Translations under genes and position numbers: made by a program
Notes under the pieces: generated by a model
Seen by the model: only the letters and a program-made list of their open reading frames with translations
What the model was told of the DNA's origin: nothing
Databases searched by the model: none
Assembly (NCBI RefSeq): GCF_009914755.1
Contig: NC_060936.1
Direction: 5' to 3' (one strand)
From: the human T2T-CHM13v2.0 reference genome, Homo sapiens
Length of the DNA: 64,000 bases
In this document: piece after piece, positions 28,108-43,629 of the stretch
Layout: each line of letters opens with the position of its first letter
Position numbering within the stretch: the first letter of the stretch is position 1

Positions 28108-28520
28108 TATGGCAGATGCTACTTGTCCTCCAAAAGTTATTCTCTTTTTCTATAAAAAGTGTTAGCTTGGCACATGGCCAGTGAGTTAGAGACTAAATTT
28201 CTTAACTTCCCTTGCAGCTAAGTGTGGCTCTAGACTCTAGCCAGGGGTATACAAGTGAAAGTGATCTTCGCAACCTCCACAAGGCTTAGTTAAAAGCAAA
28301 CTTTGTGCTCTCCACTTCTTCCCTTTCCCTCTTTCACAGGCTATAATGTGGTAAAATCGTGGGGACTTAATTCCATCATATGGAGGTTACTGAATGTATC
28401 AGAGACAGCCTGCAGTTCATCACCACACAAATTAGGTAAGAGAGAAATAAGCATTTATCTTATTACTAATGTCTTTATTTTAGAGTCTCTTTTCCCCCAT
28501 GCTTCTTTAGCTTACATTTT
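28108..28520 (+). mobile_element. MLT1 (I/J-like) MaLR LTR, degenerate
   Basis: ggcacatggcca...ttcccttgcagctaagtgtggc...gagagaaataagcatttatctt. Confidence 0.6.
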
Positions 28521-29510
28521 TAGCCTAGGAAGGATCCAGTGGAGGGAGAAGTTAGAGGCACCATAGTTAAAATAAATAAGTAAGGTTCATAAGAAATTGT
28601 AAAAATAAAGAATCACACTGTATATTGCATATATGAAAATATAATATGTATAGCAGTCTTTCCTGGCTCTGACACTTGAGAGAAATTTCTTTTGAGATCC
28701 TCATATCTTCAAGATATATTCAAGAACATTTTAAAATACATATATTGTATTTTATACAACTGCTTATTTTAACATTCCTCAATGCCTATCTATGAACTAA
28801 TGTCAAACCTTATTTAATAAATATGGCTCTGTGAATCTAAATTTATATAGAGACAGCTCTATTAATTGGTAATAGGATTTTTACGTAATAAAATTGGGCA
28901 ATATACAGGAGCAAGTTTAGTACTAGAGGAATGAGGATGCTGTTAAGGATAAAGACATTTTAAGTACATATTGTGAGTCCTGCACAATATTAGGTAACTT
29001 AACTATATTAGTTTATTTAATAGTGATAATGATGCTCAGAGATAAATTTTATTAAATTAGGGTTTTAGAAATGTAGAGTCAGAGAGGCCATGTATTTGTC
29101 CATTGTCTCACAGCTATTAAGTGGTTTATACAGAGTTCAAAGATGAAATATCCAATTCCTAATTCTCTGCACATTTCACTAGTCTCCTGATAACAAAATT
29201 CTTATTTGAATTCTAATTCAAATGTCTATCGTCTTAAAAATAAAATATCTACTAATCCAACTCAAATATCTAATAAATTATCAATAAGTAGTTTAAGGGA
29301 CTATAATTAATGGAATACTAGCTTAAAAAAATTGCTTATTCCATTTCATGCCCGTGTCTTAGGGGAATTATAATTAAATGTGATCCTACTCCAAGTCTAC
29401 ATACTAAGTCTGATTAGATTCATTTGTAATTTGTCCTAGCCACTAGCCATTACTTTGTCATAATCAGGAGCTCCTCTTTTTACAAACTTCTCTAACTTGC
29501 AAACTTTCAA

Positions 29511-29821
<311 letters not shown>

Positions 29822-30059
29822 TCATAGATTTGAAGCTACTTTTCAGAACAAAAGTATGTCACCTCTGCTTGTTCCCAATAAAAGGAACATTCACTAGTGC
29901 AACACTGCTATGTCATTATAAACGAATTTAGAAACAACCTTTCATCAGTTACTGTTTTCATAGAAAAGGGAGCTTTTGAACACTTTTGCTCCAGTGTTTC
30001 TCAAATCTTAGCCGTCAGTAAATCCCATGACTGGTGCTTAGCTGGTAACAACCTTCAGA

Positions 30060-30250
30060 GAATAGAAGTTGAAAAGGTTACTCTGTAGTCAGACTGCTTG
30101 TTCAAATCCCAGATCTTTTCACGTCCTAAAAGCAGGTTACAGTGCAAGTTACTTCATGCCTCTCTGCCTCAGTTTCCTTATCTGTGGAAAAGGTTGTTGT
30201 GAAGGGAAAATGAGATGATTTATGTAATTACAGTTAAAGAATATTTAAGA
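30060..30250 (+). mobile_element. MIR SINE
   Basis: ctctgtagtcagactgc...ttcaaatcccag...tctctgcctcagtttccttatctgt. Confidence 0.75.
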
Positions 30251-30755
30251 TGCATATTGGTTAAAATATCCTAAACTTTTGCATTTTATTTACACATATG
30301 CAGTCATTATTCTACCCAGACTTTGTTTTTTTCTTAAGAAAAAGTATTAACTCACTCAAACTACACGGTTATTAACAAATTTAAAAATTTTAAACTACTG
30401 TAAAAAACAGTTTTGAAAACATAAGATACACTTCTTAAATCTTAAGAGGAGATTTTTAAATATGTAGAAAGCTGAAAGCTTATACATAAAATGATGTTTC
30501 TTTATTAAACTCTAGTACTATACTTACCTTTGTCACAGCTTCGGTTTTTTAAAGTAATAATTCAAAGAATTTTAAATCTACACATATGTATGCACAGAAA
30601 CACACATATACAGCATGTGCATAAAGCTGGAGTTTTAGCTCAATGCTCAACTATATCCATTGGTACAATTCACTCCTATGGCAGGTATGAAAGGGACAGT
30701 GTTTCATTATTTATTTATTTCACTGCTTCCAAACAAAGATTCACACACCAAATTA

Positions 30756-31112
<357 letters not shown>

Positions 31113-31149
31113 AGATAAAAAGATAAACTCTATAAGAAGAAACTAAACA

Positions 31150-31575
31150 TAGAGTAACTTAAAAGAGGTTTCTCTTTTAATTGGTGGTCTGGTCCCATGT
31201 TCCTGGGTTCGCATGCCATCTTCGCTATCAGAGACTTCACTATTAGAGACTCAGATATTTTCCATCTTATTGCTCTGTCACCCCTAAAATATGGTCCTCG
31301 TCCACATAGCAAAAGGTAGTTTACCACCACATCCACATTTCAGCCGTGGGAAGGGGAAGGGAGATAGGGTACAAACTTTTATTTTTATGGGCATGACCCT
31401 ATAGTTGAAAATATAACTTCCAATTGTATTCATTGACCAGAAAGTGATTACATCCACCACCTTAGCAGAAAGAGAAGCTAGGAATTGTAGCCTAAGCTAG
31501 GTAGGCATAAGTCTAGCTAAGGCTTATATAGATGAAATGGAGAAAAGGAATTGGAGACAGAAACATCAGTCTCTA
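31150..31575 (-). mobile_element. Ancient ERVL/MaLR LTR (LTR33/MLT1-like)
   Basis: cattgaccagaa...ccttagcagaaagagaagctaggaattgtagcc resembles the antisense old ERVL-MaLR core. Confidence 0.5.
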
Positions 31576-32039
31576 ACATAGTACAGCAAAGCCCAATTCT
31601 TTTGAATCCACAGATTCAAAACTTGCTGATGATCTTGTTTGCCAACCTATTTTACTTTTTCTGAAAAATTTAGGTTTATGTACAGAACAATAAATAATGA
31701 CTCTGAGAAAAATATTTTTCAGTTTATTCTTGAATACATTGTTTAATGCCATCTGAGCTTTCATTTTGAATGGAGAGTAAAGCATAAATAAAGCTCAGTT
31801 TAGGGGTTCAGCCTGGGAAAGACCCCCAGGCAGGGGAAGCAAAATGTTACTGTGGACTTAAGGAAAAGGAAGTTGGAAATAATTTTCAATTTTCAGTGTT
31901 AAAAAAGAGTCTACGAAGAATATGCTGGGCATGACATCTTGCTTTCTTTTCTCTACTAGGAGCAACGTAAGAAGAGAAAAAGAAAAAGGAATTACAGATT
32001 AAAAAATGCAAGAGAATATAAACAAATAAAAATATGTTC

Positions 32040-32960
32040 AACTGGAATTTGTATTGGGATTGTATTAAATGGATGAACTAATTTGTGAAGAAATGATATC
32101 ATTCCATCCAAGAGCATGGAACTCCTATTTTTCCTATTGTCTTCTATGTTTCTTTTTAAAAAGTCTTAAGTTTTCTCTGTAGAGTTTTTTGCATTCTGGA
32201 TGATTTTAATTGAAACATACTGTATAGATATTGTTACTATGATAAGTGGTGCCTCTTATTAGATTTTTTAATTCATTATGATTGGTAAAGCAAATAGGAA
32301 AGATTTTGAGCATAGAAAACTGCCTCAATTACCTCATTACTTCAAAAAGTATTGCCATTGGTTCTATTGCTTTTTAAAAAAATACATGATGATATCTTCT
32401 GCACATTATGAAATTTTATCTCAACACTTTCAATCACCGCATCTCTGTTTGACACTGATGAACATTTCCAAAGTGAAATATTTTGCTCTCTTTATTTTTC
32501 TCCTTTTGCTCTTTGGGGCCTCTTTACTTTCTAAACTTGTCACTTCTTGGTTTATCTTCCAAACCTCTTGGCTTTTCTTTTGTGTAGTATACTTTAGCTT
32601 CATTCTGGGAGAGTTTTTCATTCTGAACTTTTCGATTCACTAGTTTATTCTCCATCAGTATGTATGCTAATTTTTCTTCCATTGACTTTTTTTCCCAAAC
32701 ACTTATTTTTCATACTTTATATTTTCACTTGGAATTTTGGGGGAATATTTTGTTCTAGTTTCAAATTGATCCTATATTTTTTGTCTCCTTAAGTATATTT
32801 ATCAGGCTTATTTTAAATTCTTGATTTATATGTTATAATAATGCTACCTTAGATGGCATATGCTGCTCAATTTTTCTTTCCTTTTTCCACTCTAGTAGTG
32901 GTAGTCCTCTGGCTTCTGGTTATTTTTGTCTCTAGAGTTATGTTATGTTATTATAACAGA
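32040..32960 (-). mobile_element. Ancient L1M/HAL1 fragments
   Basis: tattgggattgtattaaat...atccaagagcatgga antisense ORF2-like text followed by T-rich ORF1-like text. Confidence 0.45.
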
Positions 32961-33947
32961 TGTGAGAAAGGGCCCAAAACCAGGTTTTAGCCTGTGTCTG
33001 CTCTAATGAGTTAATGTGATTACTCTGGATGATCTTCAGAGTAGAATACAATAAGCAATTGTTGTTTATTACAAGTTTCGAATTTGTAACTGTGAAATCT
33101 ACTGTGCTTCCTAATTTAGCACCTTTAACAATCTATGATCTAGGCTATTGCTTCCAACTTTTAAAGTTTAAGGGAAAACATTGATTGTCCCAAGGAAATG
33201 TGGTCAGAGGAAATAACAGAGGTAATACTCAAAATAAGAAATACTCAAAATAAGTTAATGTGAAAAATAATAGTATAGGAGCAGCTCAAGAAGGAAATGA
33301 TGAGTTGCAAGGTCAGATTGAAGAACTGTTCCAGAAGGCAGCAAGAAACAATAATGTAAAATTTTTAAAATTAATAATAATAACAAAAAACTAAAAGACA
33401 TGGAGGATAGAAATAGATATATATGGTGTGTTGTATGAGATGAGTCAGTTAACTTATGAGCAAGCAACCCAACCATATCTAAACATATACCTGAGTATGC
33501 TTTAACTCATGTACTTACAAAATTGCATTTCTTAGTGAAAAAAAAATCAAGAAAGAAAACAATTCCTAAGGTTAGTGATGAAAGTATAAAGTCAAGAGAT
33601 AAACTAGTGATTTTCAAAAAAAAAAAAAAGTAACTTTAGAGTGGCAAATCAAATGTCACTCTGTTCATACAAGATTCATGAAACTGTTTCAGAGAGGGTT
33701 TTGTTCCTTGCAAAAGTTGTTCACCCACAAGAGACAGATTTTGTAAAATTTAAAATGTAGCTAATTTTCCATGTGATTAGGCAGTGTAATTTAAAGAAAC
33801 TCAAGATTTTCTACAAATAATTTTTTGAGGCAAGAAGATGCTAAAGTCACTTGTACTGCCACTAAACTTTACTAAAAGTTGGTTTGAACACTTTAATTGC
33901 TTTTGAATAGATGATTGAAGCTGTGAAGAGGTGGCAGCAGCTGACAT

Positions 33948-33961
33948 GTTGCCATGGTAGC
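33948..33961. promoter_or_regulatory. RFX X-box-like site GTTGCCATGGTAGC flanked by CAGCTG E-boxes
   Basis: One mismatch to GTTGCCATGGTAAC; CAGCTG at 33938-33943 and 33973-33978. Confidence 0.45.
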
Positions 33962-34529
33962 ATTTCCTCCCCAGCTGAGGAGGCTATACAGAAGAAAGGA
34001 TATAGGTCAGAAAGTGTTTATACTGACAAAACAACCACATATTAAAATCAAATGCTTTTGTAAACATCATAAGCCAAATGAGAGTTGTGAAATCTAGTTT
34101 CAGGATATTAAAGACAGACTGATTTATCTTTAGGATGATGTATCAAGCTGTACTGTGAGAATGGAGCATTCAAGGTCAAGAATACTCTCCTTCCTGCATA
34201 TTGGCAATTCAATTTTAAAAGATTGAAACACGATGAAAGTGTTTCTATCAGTTTCTTCTGTGTTCCTTGCAATAAGGATATATTTAATTGAAAAATTCTT
34301 CTTGAAGGTAGTTCATCTCTGAATAAACTACTCCAGGGTAAGGAAGATCAACTCTATGATCAATAAATATCTGTTGGTTAATTAGTCTTGTACTTTGACA
34401 AAATTTTATAAATGCAATTAAGGAAGATCTAACTACAATGAGAGAGGGAATAAGAGAGAGAAAGGTGGGAAGAAATGGAGTAAAGTTGGCCAGTAGTTCA
34501 GTGGGGAGACAGAATGAAAGAAATATGAT

Positions 34530-34635
34530 GGGAAGAAGGAAGGAAAGAAAAAGGGAAGAAAGGAAGGAAGGAAGGAAGGAGATAGGTAGGTAGGGAGGGA
34601 GGGAGGAAGTGAGGGAGGGAAGGAGGGAAGGGCGG
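34530..34635 (+). repeat. Polypurine (GGAA/GGGA)n low-complexity tract
   Basis: Directly visible. Confidence 0.9.
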
Positions 34636-35142
34636 GCACTAGGAAGTGTCAGTCTTCCTGATGAAAGGAAGAGGGTGCCATTTGCAAGACAGTGGCTGAA
34701 ATGGAAATTTGTAAATTGCCTTAACAGCATTAATCATTCCTCACATCTTCAGACAATTGAACTGTTTTTCATGAGGAATTCACACTTCACCATTTTTATT
34801 GAATTTGGTTTAGATAAGGTTAACTCAAGGTGCTGTTCTAAGTACAGCATCTGATTGGTTTAAGCTAATAATATAGCCCATTCTTCCCTGGAAAAAGTAG
34901 TTAGTTCAGGGACAGGCAGCTAACCCAATCCGAGCATACTTTTTTTTTTTTTTGTTCCTAGAACATAAAAGCCCTTTTAACCTTTTCCTGGATTGTTAAT
35001 ACAAAAATTTGAGGTCTCTCTGCAGCCATCTCGGTACAACTAGGAAAAAGCTTGAAACTGGTAGAAGCCATCAATGAAGTCTGAAGATAGAGACATCGTA
35101 GGAGAAGGTGACTTGCATCTAGTGACATTTAAGCCCTGAATC

Positions 35143-35780
35143 TGAAACCAATCCTATAAACATTATAAAAATTAGTCAGGGAAGAAGGGAGGTGGAGAAA
35201 CAAAAATAAACCAAGATTGCACCAAACTTAGCATTAATCATTAGGTAAACTTGATCTCTGACCCACTTCCTAATAGTTGTTTCCTGCCTACTCCACCCCC
35301 ACCCCAGAATCACATAAACCTGGTCACAAGATTACAGCTCTCCCTAAATGTTCTATAGATGACAACTTAAACATTATGAAAAGTTACATTTTCCATTAGA
35401 GATATTCATTCAGGTCCTGCATACTAATGAAACTACTGATGCTAGCTGGGCTGAAGGATATCACTAATTCCAGCTGATCTAAAAGACCCTATGAGGAGCC
35501 GACACACCAAAAGAAATGTAGTTTCCACAACCTGATGATTTCATCCCCCTTACCTTAACCAATTAATGACCCCAATTTTCCAGTCCCTAGCCCTTCACAA
35601 TCCCCTTAAAAATCCCAGCCCAGAAGTCCTCAAGGAGACAGATGTAAGGGTCTCTTCTTGTCTCCTTACTAGGCCTCTCTTTGATCATTCAACTCTTCCA
35701 CTGCTACAAACCCTGCTGTCTCATCAGTGTATTGGTCTGTAACTGCACAGTGGGCATATGGACCTGTTGGTTCTATAATA
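35143..35780 (+). mobile_element. Solo ERV1 LTR (MER4 group, LTR29-like)
   Basis: TGAAACC start, ...ctataata end (decayed CA); flanks aatc/aacc. Confidence 0.75.
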
Positions 35781-35784
35781 AACC

Positions 35785-36886
<1,102 letters not shown>

Positions 36887-37212
36887 AACCGATTACAACA
36901 GAAGGCAGAACTATCCATGAGCTGCAAGAGAAATTACATCCCTTATTTTGACTGAACCAGTTTGAGCTGAGTTTTCCATTTCTTATTTTGTAAAAGAATG
37001 CTAATAAAATTTCCCTTGATTCCCAAATCGTCCCACCCCTTTGAACCAAATGAAGGTAACTGAAGTAATTAAGACAAAATAATGGTCATCTCTTTGGGTT
37101 AGGATTCCATGAAAATCCCTTGAACTCATATTTGTCACCTCCCATGTGCAACAGAAAGGATTTAAAAATAAACAAGACAACATCTATGACATTGATCTGT
37201 GAAATCTGCAGA

Positions 37213-37750
37213 TGTCAGGATAAAATCACTTTTGCTAGATCCAGACAAAATAAGTCTGAGAAGGCACAAAGGAGATGGGTTCATACAAACACGCTTAACT
37301 AAGAAATTGTTTCCAAGGACTTTCTAAAAACCCCACAAGAAATCCTTTCACATCTTTCACATGTTTCCTGTTTTCCACAGCGTGTATGTTTCACACATAT
37401 TCATATACTCCTATGACAAGACTTATTACTAGATTTTCTTTAGGACTGTAGTAATTCGGATAAGATGTTCTGGAAAGAATATTTGCCCAGTAATGGCATC
37501 TCTGCCAATGAACTGACAACAACTCTGTCTTTGAGTCTCTAGAACGAATAAACTCTGTTTATAAGTAGCTTATGTGAACTTTTCCCATGTTACCAATAAG
37601 AGCTTCCTTTTACCTTTCCCTCACCAGATGCACTTGTGGCTGGCCACTCAGTGCATACTGGATCCTAATACTTATTTCTCATTCCCTCAAAAACTCAACA
37701 TAGTTGGACATATTTTTCTCTAATTTTTGGAGGGAAGGGGAGCCTTGATA
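37213..37750 (+). mobile_element. ERV1 solo LTR (MER67-like)
   Basis: TGTCAGGATAAAATCACTTTTGC...tgtttccaaggactttctaaaaacccc...ttgata. Confidence 0.65.
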
Positions 37751-38033
37751 GAGCCTAGAAACTAACAAAGGCCAGGATGGGTAACAAATAATTAATAAGG
37801 AGGTAGATATTTTATTGTCATTATTTAAAAAAACCTGAGGAATTAAATTTAAATAACTGCCTAGAGAGGTGACAGAATTGATGGAGTATAGAGCTGCAGA
37901 CCAAGCTACTTTGATTTATATGAACTGTCAGCCAACACATAGTAGTAAATATTATGTGCTGTCTATGTTACATTCATATACCAATAAATCCCACCTGTTT
38001 ATGGGCATTTCTATTAGTAATAAAAAAAATAGC

Positions 38034-38860
38034 TGTTAAATTATAAAGAATTTGACTGGCATTTGCCTCTGGTTCCTAGGAAACAATAAATTATTGGGAT
38101 TTTCCAAGTGATAGTATTTCTTTGTTATTCACAGCAGGCTTTGATAATTTATGTTAATGAGATGACCCATGATGGTCATTACTATTGGCTTCTGTTAGCC
38201 AGATGATTTGTGATGGGCATAAGCCACTGCCAAAAAACCAACCATGTGATAAAGGTATTGGAGCTTTGACTCACATGGTATCAGCCCAAGTTCCAACATC
38301 AGGGGAAAAAAGAAAGGCTGGAAGTTGAATTCAATCAGGTGCTCAATGATTTAACCAATAATACCTACTTAATGAAACTGCAATAATGACTCTGGACATC
38401 AAAAATTGATTATCTTCCTGGTTGGTAAATACACTGATGTGGCAGGAGGGTGATGTGCTCTGATTCCGTAGGATGAGTTCATAGAAGCCTTGTGTTTCTT
38501 TCTAGGTTGCACTGTATGTGTTCTTCATTTGGCTGGCTCTCCTGACTTATGTCCTTTGTAATACAACTGTAATCATAAGTATAGTGCTTTCCTGATTTCT
38601 GTGTCCTTTTAGCAAGTTATCAAAACTGATTTAGAGTCATGGAAACCTCTGAATTTATAGCCAGTCAGTCATAAGAAGTATGAGTGTCTCCTGATAACTC
38701 TAAAGTGTGGCTGTAGTGTATCAAGTCAGGGCAGCCTTCTTAGGGACCAAGTCTTATAATTTGTGGAATCTGTGCTAACTCCAATTGGTCAGCTGCAGAA
38801 TTGAATTGCAGTGCACCCAGTTGGTTTTAGACAATTTGTGCTGAAATGGAACAACAACAT
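38034..38860 (+). mobile_element. MER21C-like LTR
   Basis: ccaaccatgtgata...caatgatttaaccaataatacctac...ttcctggttggtaaatacactgatgtg...cagaattgaattg...cacccagttggt. Confidence 0.8.
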
Positions 38861-39745
38861 AAACACCATAATAAAATTTCAGGAACTAAAAAAATCTAAG
38901 CAAAAAATGTATCTCAAGTCCAAATCTAATACAATGATATTTAAAGAAAAAATAAATTTTCCCTTGGCATTTTTTCATTAAAGTATAGCAAGGATTTAAG
39001 AAGAATTTTATGGAATGCACTGAGCTTTTGGGAGACACTTTAATGAAAGATTTGTGAAGAGAGATATTTTTAAACAGCTTTTAAATTAGAGTTGCTGCTG
39101 TTCATAGCTCATAGTTGAAGACTGAGAGAATTGCAGCTGCACATGAAGACAGCCATACCTGAATTCCTTCTGCACCTTATTCTGCAGTAAGGACAGAGTA
39201 CTTCCAAAACATTTCATATGCCATTGGAGTCATTTGAAGTAAGTTAGGTGGGAAGAAGCTTCTGAGGCTCAAGCAATTATGTGACTCAAGAGTCTAGAAG
39301 TGGATCCAGGGCTCAAATTCAGGTCATTTAGTTCATAACTGTGTGGTGTTTTTCTGCTATAACATACTGGCCTAAGGATAAAAATAGGCTTCCACTAAGT
39401 CAATAAACAGGGAACATGTATTTACATATTCATTATTTATTATCGTTTTTACAAATCCTATAAAGTCCACTTCTCAAACCCTACTGACAGTAATATTCCC
39501 TGTAAGAGATGGACCTTATCAGAAATCCACTAGTATTGTCAGGAAATAGTGTTGATTTAATGTCAGTTATCGTAATTTTATTCTGTTCTGTGCAGTTGTA
39601 ATATTTTATCCAGCAAACTTCAACTACGCCAGAGTCAGCGTAGACTTAGCTACTGAAATCAAGAGTGAGAGAAGGGTGGTTGAAAGATGTTACTAATGAA
39701 TCCTGAATCTAAGTTAAAAAAGAGATGAGGACAGGAGGTTGGTGT

Positions 39746-40442
39746 TGACAAATAAAAAAAAATTCTAAGCACCCCTAACATATCTCTTCTTGGCCAAAGG
39801 GACCCCAGAGAAACCTTGGAAGCTGAGTTCCAGCCATGATGGCATAGGAGGTTGGGCATGCCTCATTATAATCCCTAATTTGCTATCCACTATTAGGCTT
39901 TCTTTCCTAAGGGATAAAGAGAAATCATCCCTTTCAAAAGACTCCATCTCCGATTTCAACCGACTGATTTAAACTGGTTCTGATTTCAACTGCTGCTCTT
40001 CCCTTTTGCAGTTTCAACACTACTGACCTGCATTCCTTCTTAATAAGAGACCAGCAACTATGGAGTGATTCTGGACAGTCTACAGAGGATCCACATTAAG
40101 TATCTTCCTGTCTTCTCTTTCATGTTTTTTAGACAGCCAAAAACTCCACCCTTGGACCCATGAAGAGGCATGAGGCCCAATTGTGCCTGTGCACGTTTCT
40201 CCTTTTGGAAATATTTATGACATTCATGACTCCTTCTATAGCTCATTGAATATGTATATGTAGCCACCCATTCAGCATACATCTGTCTTATTCTTCTGAG
40301 CCTCCTCAAGTGCCTGTTTCTGGCCTCTGCCCAGAGGCTATGCTTCCCAGGCTGTGAAAATGGCCACTTGCAGGCTGCAACCCTTTATAAGAAATAAAGC
40401 TCTGCTTTCCAAATTTATGAACCTGTCATTCTTTAGTTGGCA
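39746..40442 (+). mobile_element. ERV1 solo LTR (MER4 group, LTR39-like)
   Basis: TG...aaattctaagc...ggccaaagggaccccagagaaacc start; gcaaccctttataagaaataaagctc...agttggca end; flanks gtgt/gtat. Confidence 0.8.
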
Positions 40443-41109
40443 GTATGATTAGCGAGGATGTGGAGGGCTCAATAGACTGGAGGACTACAGAGTAAAAGAA
40501 GTGTTTCTATGGGGCACTTAGAGGCAGGGTGGAAGTGTGGGGAGATACCAACATATTTTTCTAGTCTCATTTTAAGCCCTCTGAGTTCAGAGGACCAAGA
40601 GGCCCAATCACCCTAGCTGGTTGGATTTAGAAGAAAATAATATAACTCAAAGTCAAACACTGGTAAATTCAGAGGTAAACACTAAAAGTATTTTTTTTTT
40701 CTTGCAAACTCCGACATACCTGAAAAGCAAACTTCCTAATGCTGTGTCTGTTTTGTTCACAGTTCATTTTGAGGTGACTGGTAGAATTTGATGGATTTTT
40801 GTGTGAAATTATTCTAGACTTTTTAAAAGAATGTCCCTCTGAGGTGTTCCTGAAATCAGGCACAGTAGTAACTTACCCCATTTAAGCTGTTCCAGGAGAC
40901 TAGGAGACCAGTTCAGTCCAGCTTCTTAAGACATGAAAACACTTCTCTCTCAAAGTCTACTCTGTCACCCTTACTTCATGGATTCCAGTGACTGGCATAT
41001 CATGAATATTCCTCAGAGCAATTAAAATACCAATATACTATATTCCTCAGAGCAATTTGGAATTCAGTATAATTTGTTTATTTTACCAATATGTGAATAA
41101 TATTCCTTT

Positions 41110-41340
41110 ACAAGGCATTAGGTCACATTCTTAAATACTTTGTAAACATCAAAGCATTTAATCCTAACATAGTAATACCTAATTCATAGGGTTACTTTTT
41201 ATTATATGTATATTTTGAATAAGGAAACTGAACTACAGAAAGGTGAAGAAACTTGCTTAACATCACATAATAAGTGGCATGATTTGAACCAAGGGCATCT
41301 GACTCCAAAATTACGTATTGATCACTCCACTTTTCTGCTT
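41110..41340 (-). mobile_element. MIR SINE
   Basis: aaggaaactgaactacagaaaggtgaagaaacttgc...gatttgaacc...tctgactcca. Confidence 0.7.
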
Positions 41341-42003
41341 CTCAGTGGTCTGTAAAGGACATTAGGTTTCTACCAACAGATTTGTAGGAGGCACTTTAAG
41401 CAATGGAAACAGAATGAACCAACGCATGGAAAGCAATAGGACATTTTTACAAAAAAAATCTAACGTGCTCAGATGTGACTGATCTGATGCTGGAATGAAA
41501 TAGGAGTGGTATGAAGAGACAAGACGGCCTATTAGACACAGCTGGGAAGCAACTCTCTCACTGAAAGAAACCAAAATATTGAGTAAACCGTCACATTTTG
41601 AACAGATCTTTTAAGAGAAAACACTGAAAGTTGACAGACATGCAACAGAAACACTGAGATGGAAGACAGAGGAAGCTGGGAACTCTGAATAGAGTTGCTG
41701 AGCACCAGGACCAGCTCCCATCCCTGAAAAGGTAATTAGGAAGGGGTAAGGGAAGGAACTGCAGGACAACACACTCCCATTGTGGACCTCTGGGATCCTC
41801 ACTACAAGAGATTCCACAATCCCCATAGTCAATTGAATTGGTGGGGGAAACTGCCTGCAGAGTAGGCCGAAGCAGAGCTCAGGCTGCATTTCTCTTTACT
41901 GATGATGTGATTCTATACCTAGAACACCCTAAAGATTCCACCCATACATAGGTTTCTAGGACTGATAAAGAACTTCAGTAAAGTTTCGGGATACAAAATC
42001 AAT

Positions 42004-42016
42004 CTTTCTTTTTTTC

Positions 42017-42080
<64 letters not shown>

Positions 42081-42551
42081 TCAATGGTGATATGGTTTGG
42101 CTGTGTCTCCACCCAAATCTCAACTTGAATTGTATCTCCCAGAATTCCTACATGTTGTAGGAGAGGCCTAGCGGGAGGTAATTGAATCATGGGGGATGGT
42201 CTTTCCCATGTTATTTTCATTATAGTGAATAAGTCTCATGAGATATGATGGGTTTATCAGGGATTTGCCCTTTTGCTTCTTCCTCATTTTTTCTCTTGCC
42301 ACGGCCATGTAAGACGTGCCTTTCACCTCCTGCCATGATTCTGAGGCCTCCCCAGCCATGTGGAACTGAAAGTCCAATTAAACCTCTTTTTGTTCCCAGT
42401 TTCAGATATGTCTTTATCAGCAGCATGAAAATCAACCAATATAGATGGGGTTTCACCATGTTGACCAGGCTGGTCTTGTACTCTTGAGCTCAAATTATGC
42501 ACCTGACTTGGCCTCCCAAAGAGCTTACAGGCAGGAGTCACCATGCCTGGC
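42004..42551 (-). mobile_element. Alu left monomer with (TTTC)n tail, split by THE1A
   Basis: (TTTC)n at 42004-42082; left-arm body gatggggtttcaccatgttgaccaggctgg...ccatgcctggc at 42444-42551. Confidence 0.8.
42088..42443 (+). mobile_element. THE1A solo LTR
   Basis: tgatatggtttggctgtgtc...ctcaacttgaattgtatctcccagaattcc...tttgttcccagtttc diagnostics; 5-bp flanks aatgg/gatgg. Confidence 0.9.
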
Positions 42552-42566
42552 TTCTCAGTAGCATTT

Positions 42567-42897
<331 letters not shown>

Positions 42898-43629
42898 CTC
42901 AGTAGCATTTTTATACAGCAATAATGTTCAAGTTGAGAGCCAAATCAAAAATTTATCTAATTTGCAATAGCCACAAAAAGATTAAAATACCTAGGAATAC
43001 ATTAACCAAGGAGTTAAAAGTTCCATAAAAAGAGAGCTATAAAAAACTGCAAAAATAAATCAGAGATGATGCAAATACATAGAAAAATATTTCATGCTCA
43101 TGAATTGGAAGAATCAATATTATTAAAATGTTCATATTGCCCAGAGCAATTTACAGATTCAACACTATTCCTACCAAACTACCAACGGCATTTTTTTTAA
43201 CAGAATTAGGGAAAAAAAAATCTAAAACTCTTATAGAACTCAAAAAGAGCCTGAGTAGTCAAAGCAATCCTAAGCAGAAAAAACAAACCTGGAGGCATCA
43301 CACTACCTGACTTCAAACTATAATATACTGCTACAGTAGCCCAAACAACATGGTATTGGTACAAAAACAGACATATCGACCAATGGAACAGGACAGAGAA
43401 CCCATGAAAAAACTTTCCACCTACAACCATCCAATCTTTGACAAAGCCAACAAAAATAATCAATGGAAAAAGGCACCCTATTTAATACATGTTGCTGGGA
43501 CAGCTGGCTGTCCATGTACAGAAAAAAATGAAACTAGACCCCTTCCTATCATAATATACAAAAATTAACTCAAGATGAATTAAAGATTTAAATGTAAGGC
43601 CTCCAACTATTAAAATCCTATAAGAAAAC

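Noticed and set aside
31940-31975. Possible 7-nt microexon (tctactag|GAGCAAC|gtaaga)
   Set aside because: Not frame-preserving, and no host gene on that strand.
34284-34730. Longest ORF in the track (148 aa, minus strand)
   Set aside because: Open only because of the low-complexity CT-rich tract; LPS/FLS repeats, no splice or domain support.
41006-41057. 18-bp direct repeat atattcctcagagcaatt with a spacer (CRISPR-like spacing)
   Set aside because: Only two copies in primate DNA; an ordinary slippage duplication, as at 33224-33254 and 49411-49447.
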